Source: Haliotis rubra (taxonomy: Eukaryota). Taken from it: a DNA stretch of 64,000 bases. This document shows, one piece after another, positions 50,444 through 62,038 of the stretch; the stretch's first letter is position 1; the number at the start of each line of letters is the position of its first letter. The stretch is from positions 124,001-188,000 of the forward strand of contig NW_025767277.1 in the NCBI RefSeq assembly GCF_003918875.1, in the 5' to 3' direction. The notes beneath the pieces are model-generated. The model had not been told where the DNA came from. It ran no database searches and saw only the letters and a list, made by a program, of their open reading frames with translations. A program made the position numbers and the translations under genes.

Positions 50444-50815
50444 CTGATGGTTTCTAGATGTAAAACAGTATACACAGTCTTTTCCACATAATGAAAGCAT
50501 ATGTCCCCTACATCATTCAGATTCACCGTTGTCAGTTGTGTGGTCAGTAGCCTCCACTAACGTCAGTTAGGTAACTATTGAAGGGCTCATTCACACCCAC
50601 ACTTACTCCATGAGGGAGACGGAACCCAAGACACAATTGTGGAAAACCTGTGAAATTAAGTGTGTACTGAATAAGATCAAGTCTGTAAACCAAAATGAAT
50701 ATCTTTTATAAAATATATGATTTGATATACCACATACATTACAGTGATGGCTTCCTGCTATGTAAGTTTACCCCTGTAGATGCAGCTTGATACCACTGCC
50801 ATGTTCCTTTGCTAA

Positions 50816-50985
50816 GGGCGAGGGGGTAGCCTAGTGGTTATAAAGCATTCGCCCGTCACGCCGAAAACCTGGGTTCGATTCCCCATTAGGGTACAATGTG
50901 TGAAAATCATTTCTGATGTCCCCCGGCGTGATATTGATGGAATATTGCTAAAAGCGGCGTAAAACTAAACTCACTCACTCCCTCA
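50816..50985 (+). mobile_element. SINE family A with TSD
   Basis: Complete copy with TSD CTTTGCTAA; absent from the paralogous segment near 55965. Confidence 0.9.
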
Positions 50986-52284
50986 CTTTGCTAATTGTAT
51001 TGATAACAAGTTCAAGTCAAAACAGTTTCAAAAGCATGACATTTGATCAATAATTTTGTTATTGTCATGTCAATGTTTTCATGACAGTTCCTGGTTTCAA
51101 CTGAAAATTTCATAATATTATTCCAGTCAGACCTGTGAGCTGTCAGTTGTTACATATTGTGGTTAGGGATCGTGTTAACGAAACGATGCAAAGCATTATA
51201 AAATAACTACTTGTACTTTGTACCGTGCACCGTGAACCCCGTGACAGGCAACATGAAACCTACGAAGCATTAAACTAACACTATATACTTCTTGATTTGT
51301 AATATACGATATTTGGTAAACGGTCACATGTGCTGTTTCCAGCAATGTTCTATAGCACATAATGGTATTACCAATATACATTGAAATTTAATACTTGAAA
51401 TGGTGTAAGAAACCGCACAATCGCATAACCTCAGCAGTCACAACAGACTGATAAATCATTTACAGCCAGACCTGTGTACATAACCACCCAAATATTGGAA
51501 AAAACCCGAGGTAAAAGGCAGACACTATATCGATGCACTGACACATTCAGCACATCAGATCGTTATACTGTTGGTGTATCGTTGGTTTTCATAAATAACC
51601 CTCCCTAATGTTCTGAGAACATTTACATGCATTAGTCATTGGGATTCCAATTCCATCACGGGTCCGCTAATATTAACTGTGAATCTCCTGTTAATGTATG
51701 ACGTCAACGGGTAAACCCCATCTTTCACAGCTGAGAAACAATCCTCAGCCGCTATCACTATCCTGAATTACTGAATTAATCAATACAAGCACGTGTTTAG
51801 GTACATTTATAGGTGATTACTTGGAATGGTGTTGTCGTAGCGCAGTGCTGTTACCTATGTCGCGCCGACATGTTCTCACAACGGGTTGTAATGTCGGCTG
51901 ACACCACGTGGTTCCAGGAACTTGACTCTCAGATATACTGGTGGAATACTCCAGGGTTGTAAATAAAGACAAACGTCACAAGATGACAAGTAAAACACAC
52001 CTACCACAAATTGCTGGGATATCCTATGTCTCCCAACCCTACTGTTAAGTGGTACACACGAGAGATGGCGGTTAATGTTGTCTCACTAAACTAGGTTACC
52101 GAGATTCCTCGACCACGCTGTATTTATGGCTATCAGGCAGGCGGGACTGTTGCTCCTCAATGTCCCCGTTATACAGCTGTCCTTGTTATAACAATGGAGT
52201 ATACCTTTCACCCATGCTTGTTGTACGTAGTAGACAACTTGGTTGCCTAAATGTTTTTCTGGAAACAAGGTGAATAAGCTAATA

Positions 52285-53331
52285 ATCTTGCCAAATATCA
52301 GCAATTGTGAAATCATCGAAATGGAAACTTTGCAACGGTACTTTGCACGGCGAGTCCAGAATCTCCACAAGAGGTCGTCTACAGGTGCTACAATCCAGGT
52401 CCTTGGATTATGGACAATGCTGGGCACAATAGACAAGATGAAGCTTCTCTTCCTAGGACGACTCTGTAGAGCAGCCGGCACAACCATTGTGAAGCCGATC
52501 TTCTATCTGAGGCTGTGCCAGTATGCCACCACTACCACACATAGTACCAGATCCATAACACATGATCTATTAAACGTAGCCAAGAAATATGGATTATCAG
52601 GCGTACTAGACAAATTTATCAAAACCGGAGAATTCCCATGTAAAAGTATATGGGAAAGCACAGTCGAACGAACCTTGTGTAGATTTGAAAATATGAAATG
52701 GAGAAACACTTTGCAACAACGTCATGATATGTTTAGTGATATTCACACCCAGCTTGCTCCACATCGTCTCTGGAATCTGTGTGTATGGTATGGTATCTCC
52801 TCCTGTTTATGCCCTGGTTAAGCTCGGCATATTACCTGTAACATCGGGACAATGTCTGCTCTGTGACTGCGAAAGTGAGGACATTGTTAAGCATCAATTG
52901 CTTTACTGTGAAAGACTCATTGAACAAAGAAATGTGCTAAGCGAGACGTTGTTTGATAACCTCAACCTTGACACCTATCTCAGACTCGAGGACACTGCTA
53001 GTGATGAAGCTAAGGTCATGACATACCTCGTTGCCATTACGGATGTGGTCCATGATATGACACTTGACAGCTGGGCAACATTCATGAGCATCGTGGCTAA
53101 AAATGTCAGCTCATGGAACTTAAGGTGTGTGTTATATCTGTGAAATTATGTCACACACCATGTAAATACGGCTCTCCATATTTGTCTTCGTTGTGAAAAC
53201 CCTGTTGAATTGTCATATGCATTGTCTCTATTGCCAGTGCGACTGACAAGTAATATAATCTAATGTACTCTCCAAATCATTGGGGGAAATAAAGAGTATT
53301 CATTCATCCATCCATTCATTCATTCATTCAT
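52285..53331 (+). mobile_element. 5'-truncated non-LTR retrotransposon (ORF2 C-terminus, CR1/L2/RTE-X-like), frameshifted
   Basis: Post-RT region ETLQRYFARRVQNL..KLLFLGRL, Zn-finger CLLC..EDIVKHQLLYC, then AATAAA and an (ATTC)n tail. Confidence 0.8.
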
Positions 53332-53859
53332 TTATACCAGCAACACCTATCTCACAAGCACATGTCTCATCAACGTCTACCTCACAATACCTATCTCACG
53401 AACACCTATCACAGCAACGCTTATCTCACAGCCCCAAGCCTCACAAGCACCTGCCTCGCCATCATTTATCTCACAAGCACATGTCTCGCAAACACCCCTG
53501 AGTACTTGAATCATATCCCGCTGAGATTATAATACTTAACAGGAAATATATTCTGGGTGGGGGAGGGGGTGTGGAGTGTGGTGGTGGGTAGCTACTCAGC
53601 TAGCCAGTAGTCAAAATCTTATTTCATTGCGACGAATTTACCGAAGAAGGCCTGATGAGATGGGATCATGTTTGTCATTATTTCTGTGAAAAAACTCCTA
53701 TATTTCTATTTAGTAAATCTTGCAATATTGCTACTGCTCCTTTATACTGTTTTTCCTGTTTACATCATATTGCTCGCCATTCCCAAGCGAGTGGGGCGGA
53801 GTGTGCATGCAACACAACGGCTTGGAGACACCAACGCGACGGCTATACCACAATGAGTT

Positions 53860-54069
53860 GTTGCACTGCAGGTATTCGAAGTATAACAGCGCGACATGGG
53901 GACCAAGTTACTTAGCACAGGTACCACTGTTGCACTGCAGGTATTGGGAGTATAACAGCGCGATATGGGGACCAAGTTACTTAGCACAGGTACCACTGTT
54001 GCACTGCAGGTATTCGGAGTATAACAGCGCGACATGGGGACCAAGTTACTTAGCACAGGTACCACTGTT
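53860..54069. repeat. 69-bp tandem repeat, 3 copies
   Basis: TTGCACTGCAGGTATT recurs at 53861, 53930 and 53999. Confidence 0.92.
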
Positions 54070-54381
54070 CACAACAAATCCACCCAAGAGCAGAGTCAAT
54101 AAGCATGGAACACATGTTATACTACGGATTACACTTTTGCAACATAAACCTGAAGGGTGCTTCTCACTATATATTAGACATGGCTTCTTTTCCCGGAATA
54201 ACCACATTGTGGTTTTAATTTGCTCACAGGTTTTACTTTTTGTAAGTAGGACCTATTTTAAGGTTTTACTTTTTGAAAGTAGGACCTTTTCCTCACTCTA
54301 TATTAACCACAACATTTAAATTCAGATGAGTGCTGAATTCAACGTCAAAGATCATCTATGATGGGCATTTTAGAAGTTGAG

Positions 54382-54563
54382 TTGATGAAGATTAATGACA
54401 ATTATTATGGATATACAAATTCTTTTATTCTGTGAAGGCGACGTTTCGACATAGGTTCTAATGTCATCACTTGATTGACAACGACATAAGAACCTATGTC
54501 AAAACGTCGCCTCCTCAGAACAAATATAAATTGTATATCCATAATAATTGTCATTATTCGTCA
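54382..54563. repeat. Imperfect palindrome built from two inverted Penelope-like 3' ends
   Basis: About 80-bp arms, each with GACAT-loop-ATGTC-(G/A)AAACGTCG. Confidence 0.7.
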
Positions 54564-54782
54564 AAGATCAATTTGAAAGTGCAAATGTTTTCTCATGCAG
54601 GAATGGATCTCGACCATCGGGTTTATATGCAGATTCAGGGCATTAGGGACATGGTGATCCGCCCCTAATATGAGTTATGTCAGAGTTTAGTCCATTGAAT
54701 GAGTACTTCAAAGACGAATATGTGTGTGAGGCGGATATCCAAGAATGTGCATTTTCAAATGAGCCAATTTATACTTATTTTC

Positions 54783-55465
54783 TGGTCGGCCTGTCTCCTC
54801 GTGTGGTCTCTTCATGTGGTTCTTATGTATCGTTAAGTGGTCACATGGTCGGCCTGTCTCGTCGTGTGGTCTCTTGATGTGGTCCTCATGTGTCGTTAGG
54901 TGGTCACATGGTCGGCCTGTCTCGTCGTGTGGTCTCTTGATGTGGTCCTCATGTGTCGTTAAGTAGTCACGTAGTCGTCCTGTCTCGTCGTGTGGTCTCT
55001 TGATGTGGTCCTCATGTGTCGTTAGGTGGTCACATGGTCGGCCTGTCTCGTCGTGTGGTCTCTTGATGTGGTCCTCATGTGCCGTTAAGTAGTCACATGG
55101 TCGTCCTGTCTCGTCGTGTGGTCTCTTGATGTGGTCCTCATGTGTCGTTAAGTGGTCACATGGCCGGCCTGTCTCGTCGTGTGGTCTCTTGATGTGGTCC
55201 TCATGTGTCGTTAAGTAGTCACATGGTCGACCTGTCTCGTCGTGTGGTCTCTTGATGTGGTCCTCATGTGTCGTTAAGTGGTCACATGGTCGGCCTGTCT
55301 CGTCGTGTGGTCTCTTGATGTGGTCCTCATGTGTCGTTAAGTGGTCACATGGTCGGCCTGCCTCGTCGTGTGGTTCTCATGTGACGTTATGTGGTCATTT
55401 GGTCTCTCTGTGCCGTCGTGTGGTCTTCATAAGTCGTTAAGTGGTCATATTGTCGTCCTGTGTCA
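54783..55465. repeat. 63-bp tandem minisatellite, copy 2
   Basis: Same unit and same degenerate end as 48950-49795. Confidence 0.95.
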
Positions 55466-55494
55466 TCATGACCTTATATTGTCATTATCCTTAC

Positions 55495-55557
55495 CTTCTG
55501 TTTTTGACGGGATAAACACACCGAGATCATCACACATTTCTAACCCGAGTACCGCTT
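55495..55557 (-). CDS. Second copy of the putative linker exon
   Basis: One substitution (V to M) relative to 49826-49888; splice sites intact. Confidence 0.45.
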
Positions 55558-56747
55558 CTATAGGAATGATAACACACACATGACCATCAGCATTAAATAT
55601 ATACATATTGGTCACCTGTCAGTGGAAACAATAATATTATATACGTGATGAGCGTTTCTTAAATTTTAGAAATTCTTGACATAATGTTCATAGACTGTCC
55701 ACTCTACTAACGTCAATGCGTTAGGTAACTATTTCGGTTCATTCACACCCACATTTCCCAGTTACCTCATGAGGGAGGCGGGACCCCAGCAAAACCTGTC
55801 AAATTAAGTGTGTACTGAATATTCTAAGATCAAATCTGTAAACCAAAATGAATACATGTATGTTTTATCTTTAAAAGATATGATTTGATACAAAACGTAC
55901 ATTTCTGTGATGGCTTCCTGCTATGTCAGTGTAACCCTGTAGATGCAGCTTAATCCTACTACCTTTACTAACTGTAATGATAATAAGTTCAAAACAAACA
56001 AAGCATGAAATTGGATAAATAATTTTGTTATTGTCATGTGTATGTTTTCATGCCAGTTCCTGGTTTCAACTGATTAAATCATATCATTATTCCAGTCAGA
56101 CCCGATGAGAGCTGTCACTAGTTATTATATTAGGCACCGTGATAACAAAACGATACAAAGCATTAACCACTGGCAATGTGTACCGTGCACCGCGAACACT
56201 GTCACAGAGGCTGCATGAAACCGACGAAAAGTATTAAACTAATACTATATACTGTTTGATTTGTATTTACAACCTGTGAAAAACCTGATTAGATTTGATC
56301 TACAGCAGTCTCATCAACCCATGCTTGTACAAGCACCTGTCTTATAAACACCTATCTCACAAGCTAGAGGCAACTAATGTAATCGGGTGATCAGGTCTCA
56401 CTAACCCTTTCGCTGACTCAATTGCGTAGATCGATGCTCATGCTGTTCGTCACTGGATTGTCCTATCCAGACTCAAATATAAAAATCACTCACTGTAATA
56501 TACAATATTTGATAAACAGTCACATGTATGGTCTCAGAAATATTCTGTAGCACAATCATGTACAGCCAGGCTTGTGTACATAACCACCCATATATAGGAA
56601 AAAACGGAGCTCAACTCATTGAGAATGTTATGCCATAGAGTTGGGACAGGTGGACATATTATCGATGTATCGACACATTCAGAATATCAGCTCATTCTAC
56701 TGTTGGTAAGATGTATCGGTTTTCAACTGAGTTACTACTTTATTTCA

Positions 56748-57230
56748 GAGTTTGACTTTTGTTAACTCGAGAATTGGACTGTTCCAACTCTTATCGGGTG
56801 TTTATGAGTGTAAAATGTACTGCTATCAGCAGCTAATGAGTGTTGTAACTATGAAACTGAACTCAGCCTGTTCCCCGCTTCGATCTGTGGCAATATTTAT
56901 ACACAAGATACACGTGTTTTGCTATTTGTAGCTGACATACTAGTGCGCATATCCGCTCACAAAGCCGGATGTTTACGTAGTCTCTGTGCTGTTGTCACTA
57001 GGGCTCTTCACGTGTGTTACTACTTTCTTTGAGAGTTTGACTTTTGTTAACTTTGAGGATTTGACTGTCCCAACTCATATCGGGCGTTTGTGAGTATAAA
57101 TGTATAGTTATCAGCAGCTAATTACTTTTGTAACTATGATAATGATCTCAGTGTTGTAACTAGGAAATTGAAGTTAACCTGTTTCCCACATCGGTGAAAC
57201 CTATCGTAATGTATACACAAGGTACACATG
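56748..57230. repeat. About 285-bp tandem repeat, interrupted by the LTR element and resuming at 63712-64000
   Basis: GAGTTTGACTTTTGTT at about 56748, 57033 and 63839. Confidence 0.85.
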
Positions 57231-58934
57231 TATCGCACTTAGAGATGAGCGTGCTGTTTCTCTCTAGTGGATGTCCTTGCATGAACAACACAAGTCTGTC
57301 TGCGGGTCCACAACTCTTTATTCAGTGCTACACTTTCAGGCGTAGTCACGACCTTCTCTGCAGCCTCTCTCCCTAGCCCTGGTGCCTGTACCGTTATATA
57401 CCCAGGGTTGGTCATTCTTGGTCCTTTGTCTTTGGCCCCCCTTCGCATCTGGTCAGTGATGAGTCTTCGCTCTCCCCATTTGCCCTTAATCCCAATTAGG
57501 CCTTTAATCATTATATCTGGACATGGAAATTACTGGCCAAAATGCACTTTGCTCGATGTGTTATTTGATATGTGGGATGACTTGGCCAAAGTGTCCTTTG
57601 TCCAGTGTACTGCTGATCAGGGGCTATTGTTTGATCCCTTGTCCAGTACTATATTTAGGGGACAGCATGTCTGCCTGATTAGCGTGGGACGGCTGCTCAT
57701 CTCTTAGTGACCTCCTTCCCGCTGTCACTATTATGAGTATTGCCCAGAGACAATGGCATCTCACTGACCAGTGATAGTGTTCAATTTCTTAATTTGCTTA
57801 ATGAGAGGGGGCCACTGGGCTTCTGATATTCTACCCTGGATATACTTCCCCGTCGTATCGTAATGACGTGACCTCACGTCCTTACGTGGAGAATGCGACC
57901 AATGACCGTGACCAACCCTGAGGTACAATTATGTTACGTATGAATGGAGATTACAATGTCAGTGGAGTACAGTATTGACATGTGAGTTACAAGCGTAAAT
58001 TTGGTGCCATTATCTATCACATTTAGTTTTATGAAGTGATGGACATAATGGGAAAACAATGAAATAGTGGTGTTATAAAATGGACATACATGGAAGTTAT
58101 GATATAGTCCAGTTACGCAGTGAATTTAAATGATGGACATGGTAGATAAAATCAATTAGTGTCATTATAAACATGTACATAAATGGAAGTTAGGATATAA
58201 TGTGGACCCGTATTTGTCATTTTACAAATCTCTCTTAACTGAGGGTCATAGATCGTAACTGTCCGAATAATCACGCTGTTTCCTGTATACGTCCCCATGG
58301 TAGCTTGACCCTCGTAACAGTTTTTCACTGCATAGCTGTGTTACACTCGCCCCCTCCTAATAAGAAATATCCGGAGGAGATTTCTTCAGAACCGAAAGTT
58401 CCATCTGAGCCAATTTCAGAGCTGATAACCACTTCCGAGCCAATCACAGTTTGTTTATATGCATAATATAGGCATCAACACATCTACATTATGAAATACC
58501 ATCATGGATCTATTATCAGTACAAATTCATATTTATGTTACCAATACAATCACAGATCTATTAACAACAATTCATATCATTAATACAACCATAGATCTAG
58601 TGATTGTACAATATATGTACACAACAGTCAGTGTCCTCGCATCTATTGTATCGAGATTATGTTGGTCCACGGGGTTTATCAGCAGTCCCGCTCACCACAC
58701 CGATTTATGTACCCATGTTTGACCATTATGTACACCATTTTCTCTCCAAGGATTAAAAGGTCAACAAGAGTTCTTTAACTTCAGTGGACCCACTCCACTT
58801 CTTTAAGGGGGAATATCAGCCGATATTCCTCTGTGCAACTGGGGAATCCATGCCATTCACTGATTGCACTGTGGTAGACCCCCAATTTATATACACGTTA
58901 GGACGCCTGTCCCGTATCACTCCCCAAAGGCACT

Positions 58935-60374
58935 TCAGGTTATGTGATCATTCGAGGTGTAACAACCCATATTAAGCCTGACTATGCCCAATGGCGGTTC
59001 AACAATGACCGTCGAGGCTACCGCTGCATTATCATGGCAAATTACTGAGAAGGTTAGTTTTGTCATTGTTGTTACCACCCATACGCCATCTGACAGATAT
59101 TCTGCTAAAGGCAAGACAGAATTTAACCTGATAATGGCTTTGCATTTGTTTTCAAAGTAAACTTTTCTGTTCACGAATAAGTAGTTATACACAGCTTACT
59201 TAGGTTTATAGGATAAACAGGACTTTTAATAGAACAGTAACTAGTTACCGGCTTAGTGCATATTTCTAATACTTCTGAGGTTGGTAATACGAATTTGGTT
59301 TGCTCAACATTTACCGCAAGCGACTCGGCTTCGAGCTGGTATTGTGCAACCATGTCACCTAATTCGTTAGTCTGTAGTTTCTCTATAAACCTCGGTACTG
59401 GTAGATTATGTACCTTATAAATTTCATATTTCCCATTAACATCTAATAAGGGAATTTTCAAGATCACTAAGATTTTATGCTCAGAACTTTGTAGGGTCCT
59501 ATAAAAACTCCATAACTCTTTACTCGGATCTCCTGGCAATTGTACCGTGGGTACTCATGTCAAGAAGTAATTTCTTCAGATTAGAAGGGGTGATAGTACT
59601 AGGTGTCAATCTTCCTAGTGCCAGGATGTTTAACTGTAACTGAAGATGTTGTAGATAAAAAATCGTTTTCTCAATAATTTCCCGAATTTCTCCCACGACC
59701 AGAGAACATCCCAGATACACTATCACGTAATGCTCAAACTTTAGCATTTTGTCTTCCAAAGTTCTCGTGATATTAAGGAACTTCATATCTACTTGGTGTA
59801 GGTCAACTGCCAGTTCATTGATCATATGCCTATTTTCTGAAATCTCAACCCTAGAAGTGTTCAATATGGATAGACTTTCTTCGACAACATCAGTTAAAGC
59901 TTTGTGATTCTTAAATAAAATTTCCACATTTTTGTGTATTGCTTCCAGGTCTTCTTTCGAGACTGTGCCGAACAGAAAACTCAATGCTTTCCCCACAAAT
60001 GGCAATACGGATCGCTTAGATCTACCTCTACTTAAAGTCTGAATGTCCTGGAACATTTCCTTCAGCTTTACTTGTGTAGCTTTTAGTGATGAAATATCAC
60101 TGCTTAAACCACTGAATAATACAAAAATATCCTTCTTCTTGGGATTATAGCTGCGAGTTATTATACTACTTGTAACTCTTTCAACACCCTCTATATCTGT
60201 TTCTAGCTTGTCAATAAGCTGTTTATAGGGTTCTAAGTCTATGACAAACGTCACCAGCCAATTTGACCTCATAATAGAAATGTCCTTTACTTTCTGGAAT
60301 ACTACATTTTCACGGATTAGCAATGAATTAACCATGGTTAACCCTAGGAGAAAGGAGATTACTGTTGCTGTCAT
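58935..60374 (-). pseudogene. env: env-like class I fusion glycoprotein (baculovirus F/errantivirus-like), frameshifted and C-terminally truncated
   Basis: Signal peptide MTATVISFLLGLTMVNS, furin site RGRSKR then SVLPFVGKALSFLFGT fusion peptide, heptad region and Cys-rich continuation across 3 frames; no TM segment found. Confidence 0.82.
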
Positions 60375-60466
60375 GTTCCTGTGAACAGAGATAACAACAA
60401 AATAACCTATCATTCCTTTTCGTTTCCTACATCCCATTCCCAGGATGATTCAAGATTACAAAAGGC

Positions 60467-61114
60467 CTACAATTGCCTCCAGTAATCGTTAGTCTTTGCG
60501 TTGTGTTCTTTGTGACCGTCTGTTTCTGTGCGTTGCCTATTACCTTCAATAACATTGATCTCCATCAATTCAGGGTCTGCGTCATCTAGTTCATCACTAT
60601 ACTCATCATTGCTAAGAATAGGGTCATGTTTTGTGGGTCCAGCAATTCTTACCCTTTTGTTTGTTATTTCAGCATTACTTTCAGAATGTGCTTGTTGCAA
60701 CGGACTCCTCATACGTCTAGATAATTCCATGAGGGGAATATCGTCTCCGTCGGAAGAGTCATCTCTTTCTTTACTGTATCTCCTAGCTATCTTATCTAGA
60801 GGTGTGTCACTGTCATCACCACTGTCGGTTTCACTGCTTTCTGGGGATACTACCAAAGTTGCTTTTCGACGGGCCCTAGTGTTTCCTGATTGTGGAATTT
60901 CCCAATGATCTATTTTAGCTAATCTCAAATTTCCTGCATGTGCTTCCATTTTCCCCATGATACATCTCTTGTTTAGCCGAAAGGTTTTATTTGTGTTATT
61001 TACTATCATTACCGGGATTTCTCCTTTCTTATTCAGTTTGCCGACAGAATTCCCTAGCATTAAACCTGGCTCAGAATTGATATAGTCTTCCCCATTTCCT
61101 TTAATTTCATACAA
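60467..61114 (-). pseudogene. pol: pol remnant: post-protease segment fused to an integrase C-terminal tail (RT, RNase H and IN core absent)
   Basis: GEIPVMIVNNTNKTFRLNKRCIMG resembles the gypsy PR-RT linker; HAGNLR followed by an acidic low-complexity tail resembles an IN C-terminus; no YxDD or DDE motif. Confidence 0.6.
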
Positions 61115-61815
61115 AGTGGTGGTATCAAAATATGTCTTTTTCCTAGCCTTAAGTCGAATCGTTTCCTTAAATTCTGCTCTTTCATTCGAGTAGTAACTGC
61201 CTCAGCAAAACTATTCGGGTTATCCCTCATAATTTTAATCTTTAAATAATCGTGTCTCAAGCCTTCAACAAAAAATCCTATCAGTTGGCGTTCAACTGCA
61301 CTATTACTCGCTTGCCCTTGTTCCACATAAGCCTCTTCCGCTATGGCTAATAGCCTTTCGGCGAACACCTGAACAGTTTCATCTTGGCGTTGCCTTAGTT
61401 TTTGTAATAGCGCAAATGCATACTGAGGGTCTGTCACCTCGGCGAAACGTGACGTTAGTTCTTTCTTAACCACTGCCCATGTACAGCCTGGGTTATCCTG
61501 TATATATCTCTGTAAGAAATCGCTTACTGGTCCCCAACTACTCTGAAAAGCCACTAATCTTATCCTATCCACTGGGATGCCCGCCAAGCTCACATACTTA
61601 TCAAGGGACTTTATCCACTCTTTAAATTTCTTAGGATCTCCTTCAAATGGCTGGACATATTGCGATAAACCCTGCGAAGTTATCGCCTGTGCCAGTTGTC
61701 CCATTTGTGATTCTACCATTGCTGACAGTGGCCCTATACCGGCCATTATGGTTTCCGGTAGCTTTCCTAATTGTACTGCTATATGGTTAAAAAGTGCTTC
61801 TACAACTTCTGCCAT
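61060..61815 (-). CDS. gag: Ty3/gypsy Gag capsid (C-terminally truncated)
   Basis: PFEGDPKKFKEWI, TWAVVKKELTSRF, LRQRQDETVQVFAERL and FVEGLR capsid motifs; likely ATG at 61815. Confidence 0.88.
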   Translation of the reverse strand: MAEVVEALFNHIAVQLGKLPETIMAGIGPLSAMVESQMGQLAQAITSQGLSQYVQPFEGDPKKFKEWIKSLDKYVSLAGIPVDRIRLVAFQSSWGPVSDFLQRYIQDNPGCTWAVVKKELTSRFAEVTDPQYAFALLQKLRQRQDETVQVFAERLLAIAEEAYVEQGQASNSAVERQLIGFFVEGLRHDYLKIKIMRDNPNSFAEAVTTRMKEQNLRKRFDLRLGKRHILIPPLCMKLKEMGKTISILSQV

Positions 61816-62038
61816 TTTTCGTACGACCTTTTTTAAACGTCCTAGACGTCCTAGATCGTGACTGTCCGAATAATCACGCTGTTTCCTGTATACGGGACCA
61901 TCCCCATAGTAGCTTGACCCTCGTAACAGATTTTCACTGTATAGCTGTGTTACAGCTACAATTACATTCCACTTAGATATAATGGGACCTAACAGAAATA
62001 TGATGGTGTGTAAAGTGTTTGCGGAATTCAATGATGTA

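Larger units (their letters stand above)
58249..61954 (-). mobile_element. Inner Ty3/gypsy element (gag, deleted pol, env) with truncated TGTAAC-starting LTRs
   Basis: About 100-bp direct repeats 58249-58345 and 61852-61954 begin TGTAACACAGC on the minus strand; the downstream copy is preceded by PPT AGGAGGGGGCGAG. Confidence 0.7.

Noticed and set aside
53720-54319. 199-aa ORF with 23-aa repeats
   Set aside because: Openness is explained by a 69-bp triplicate; no domain or splice support.
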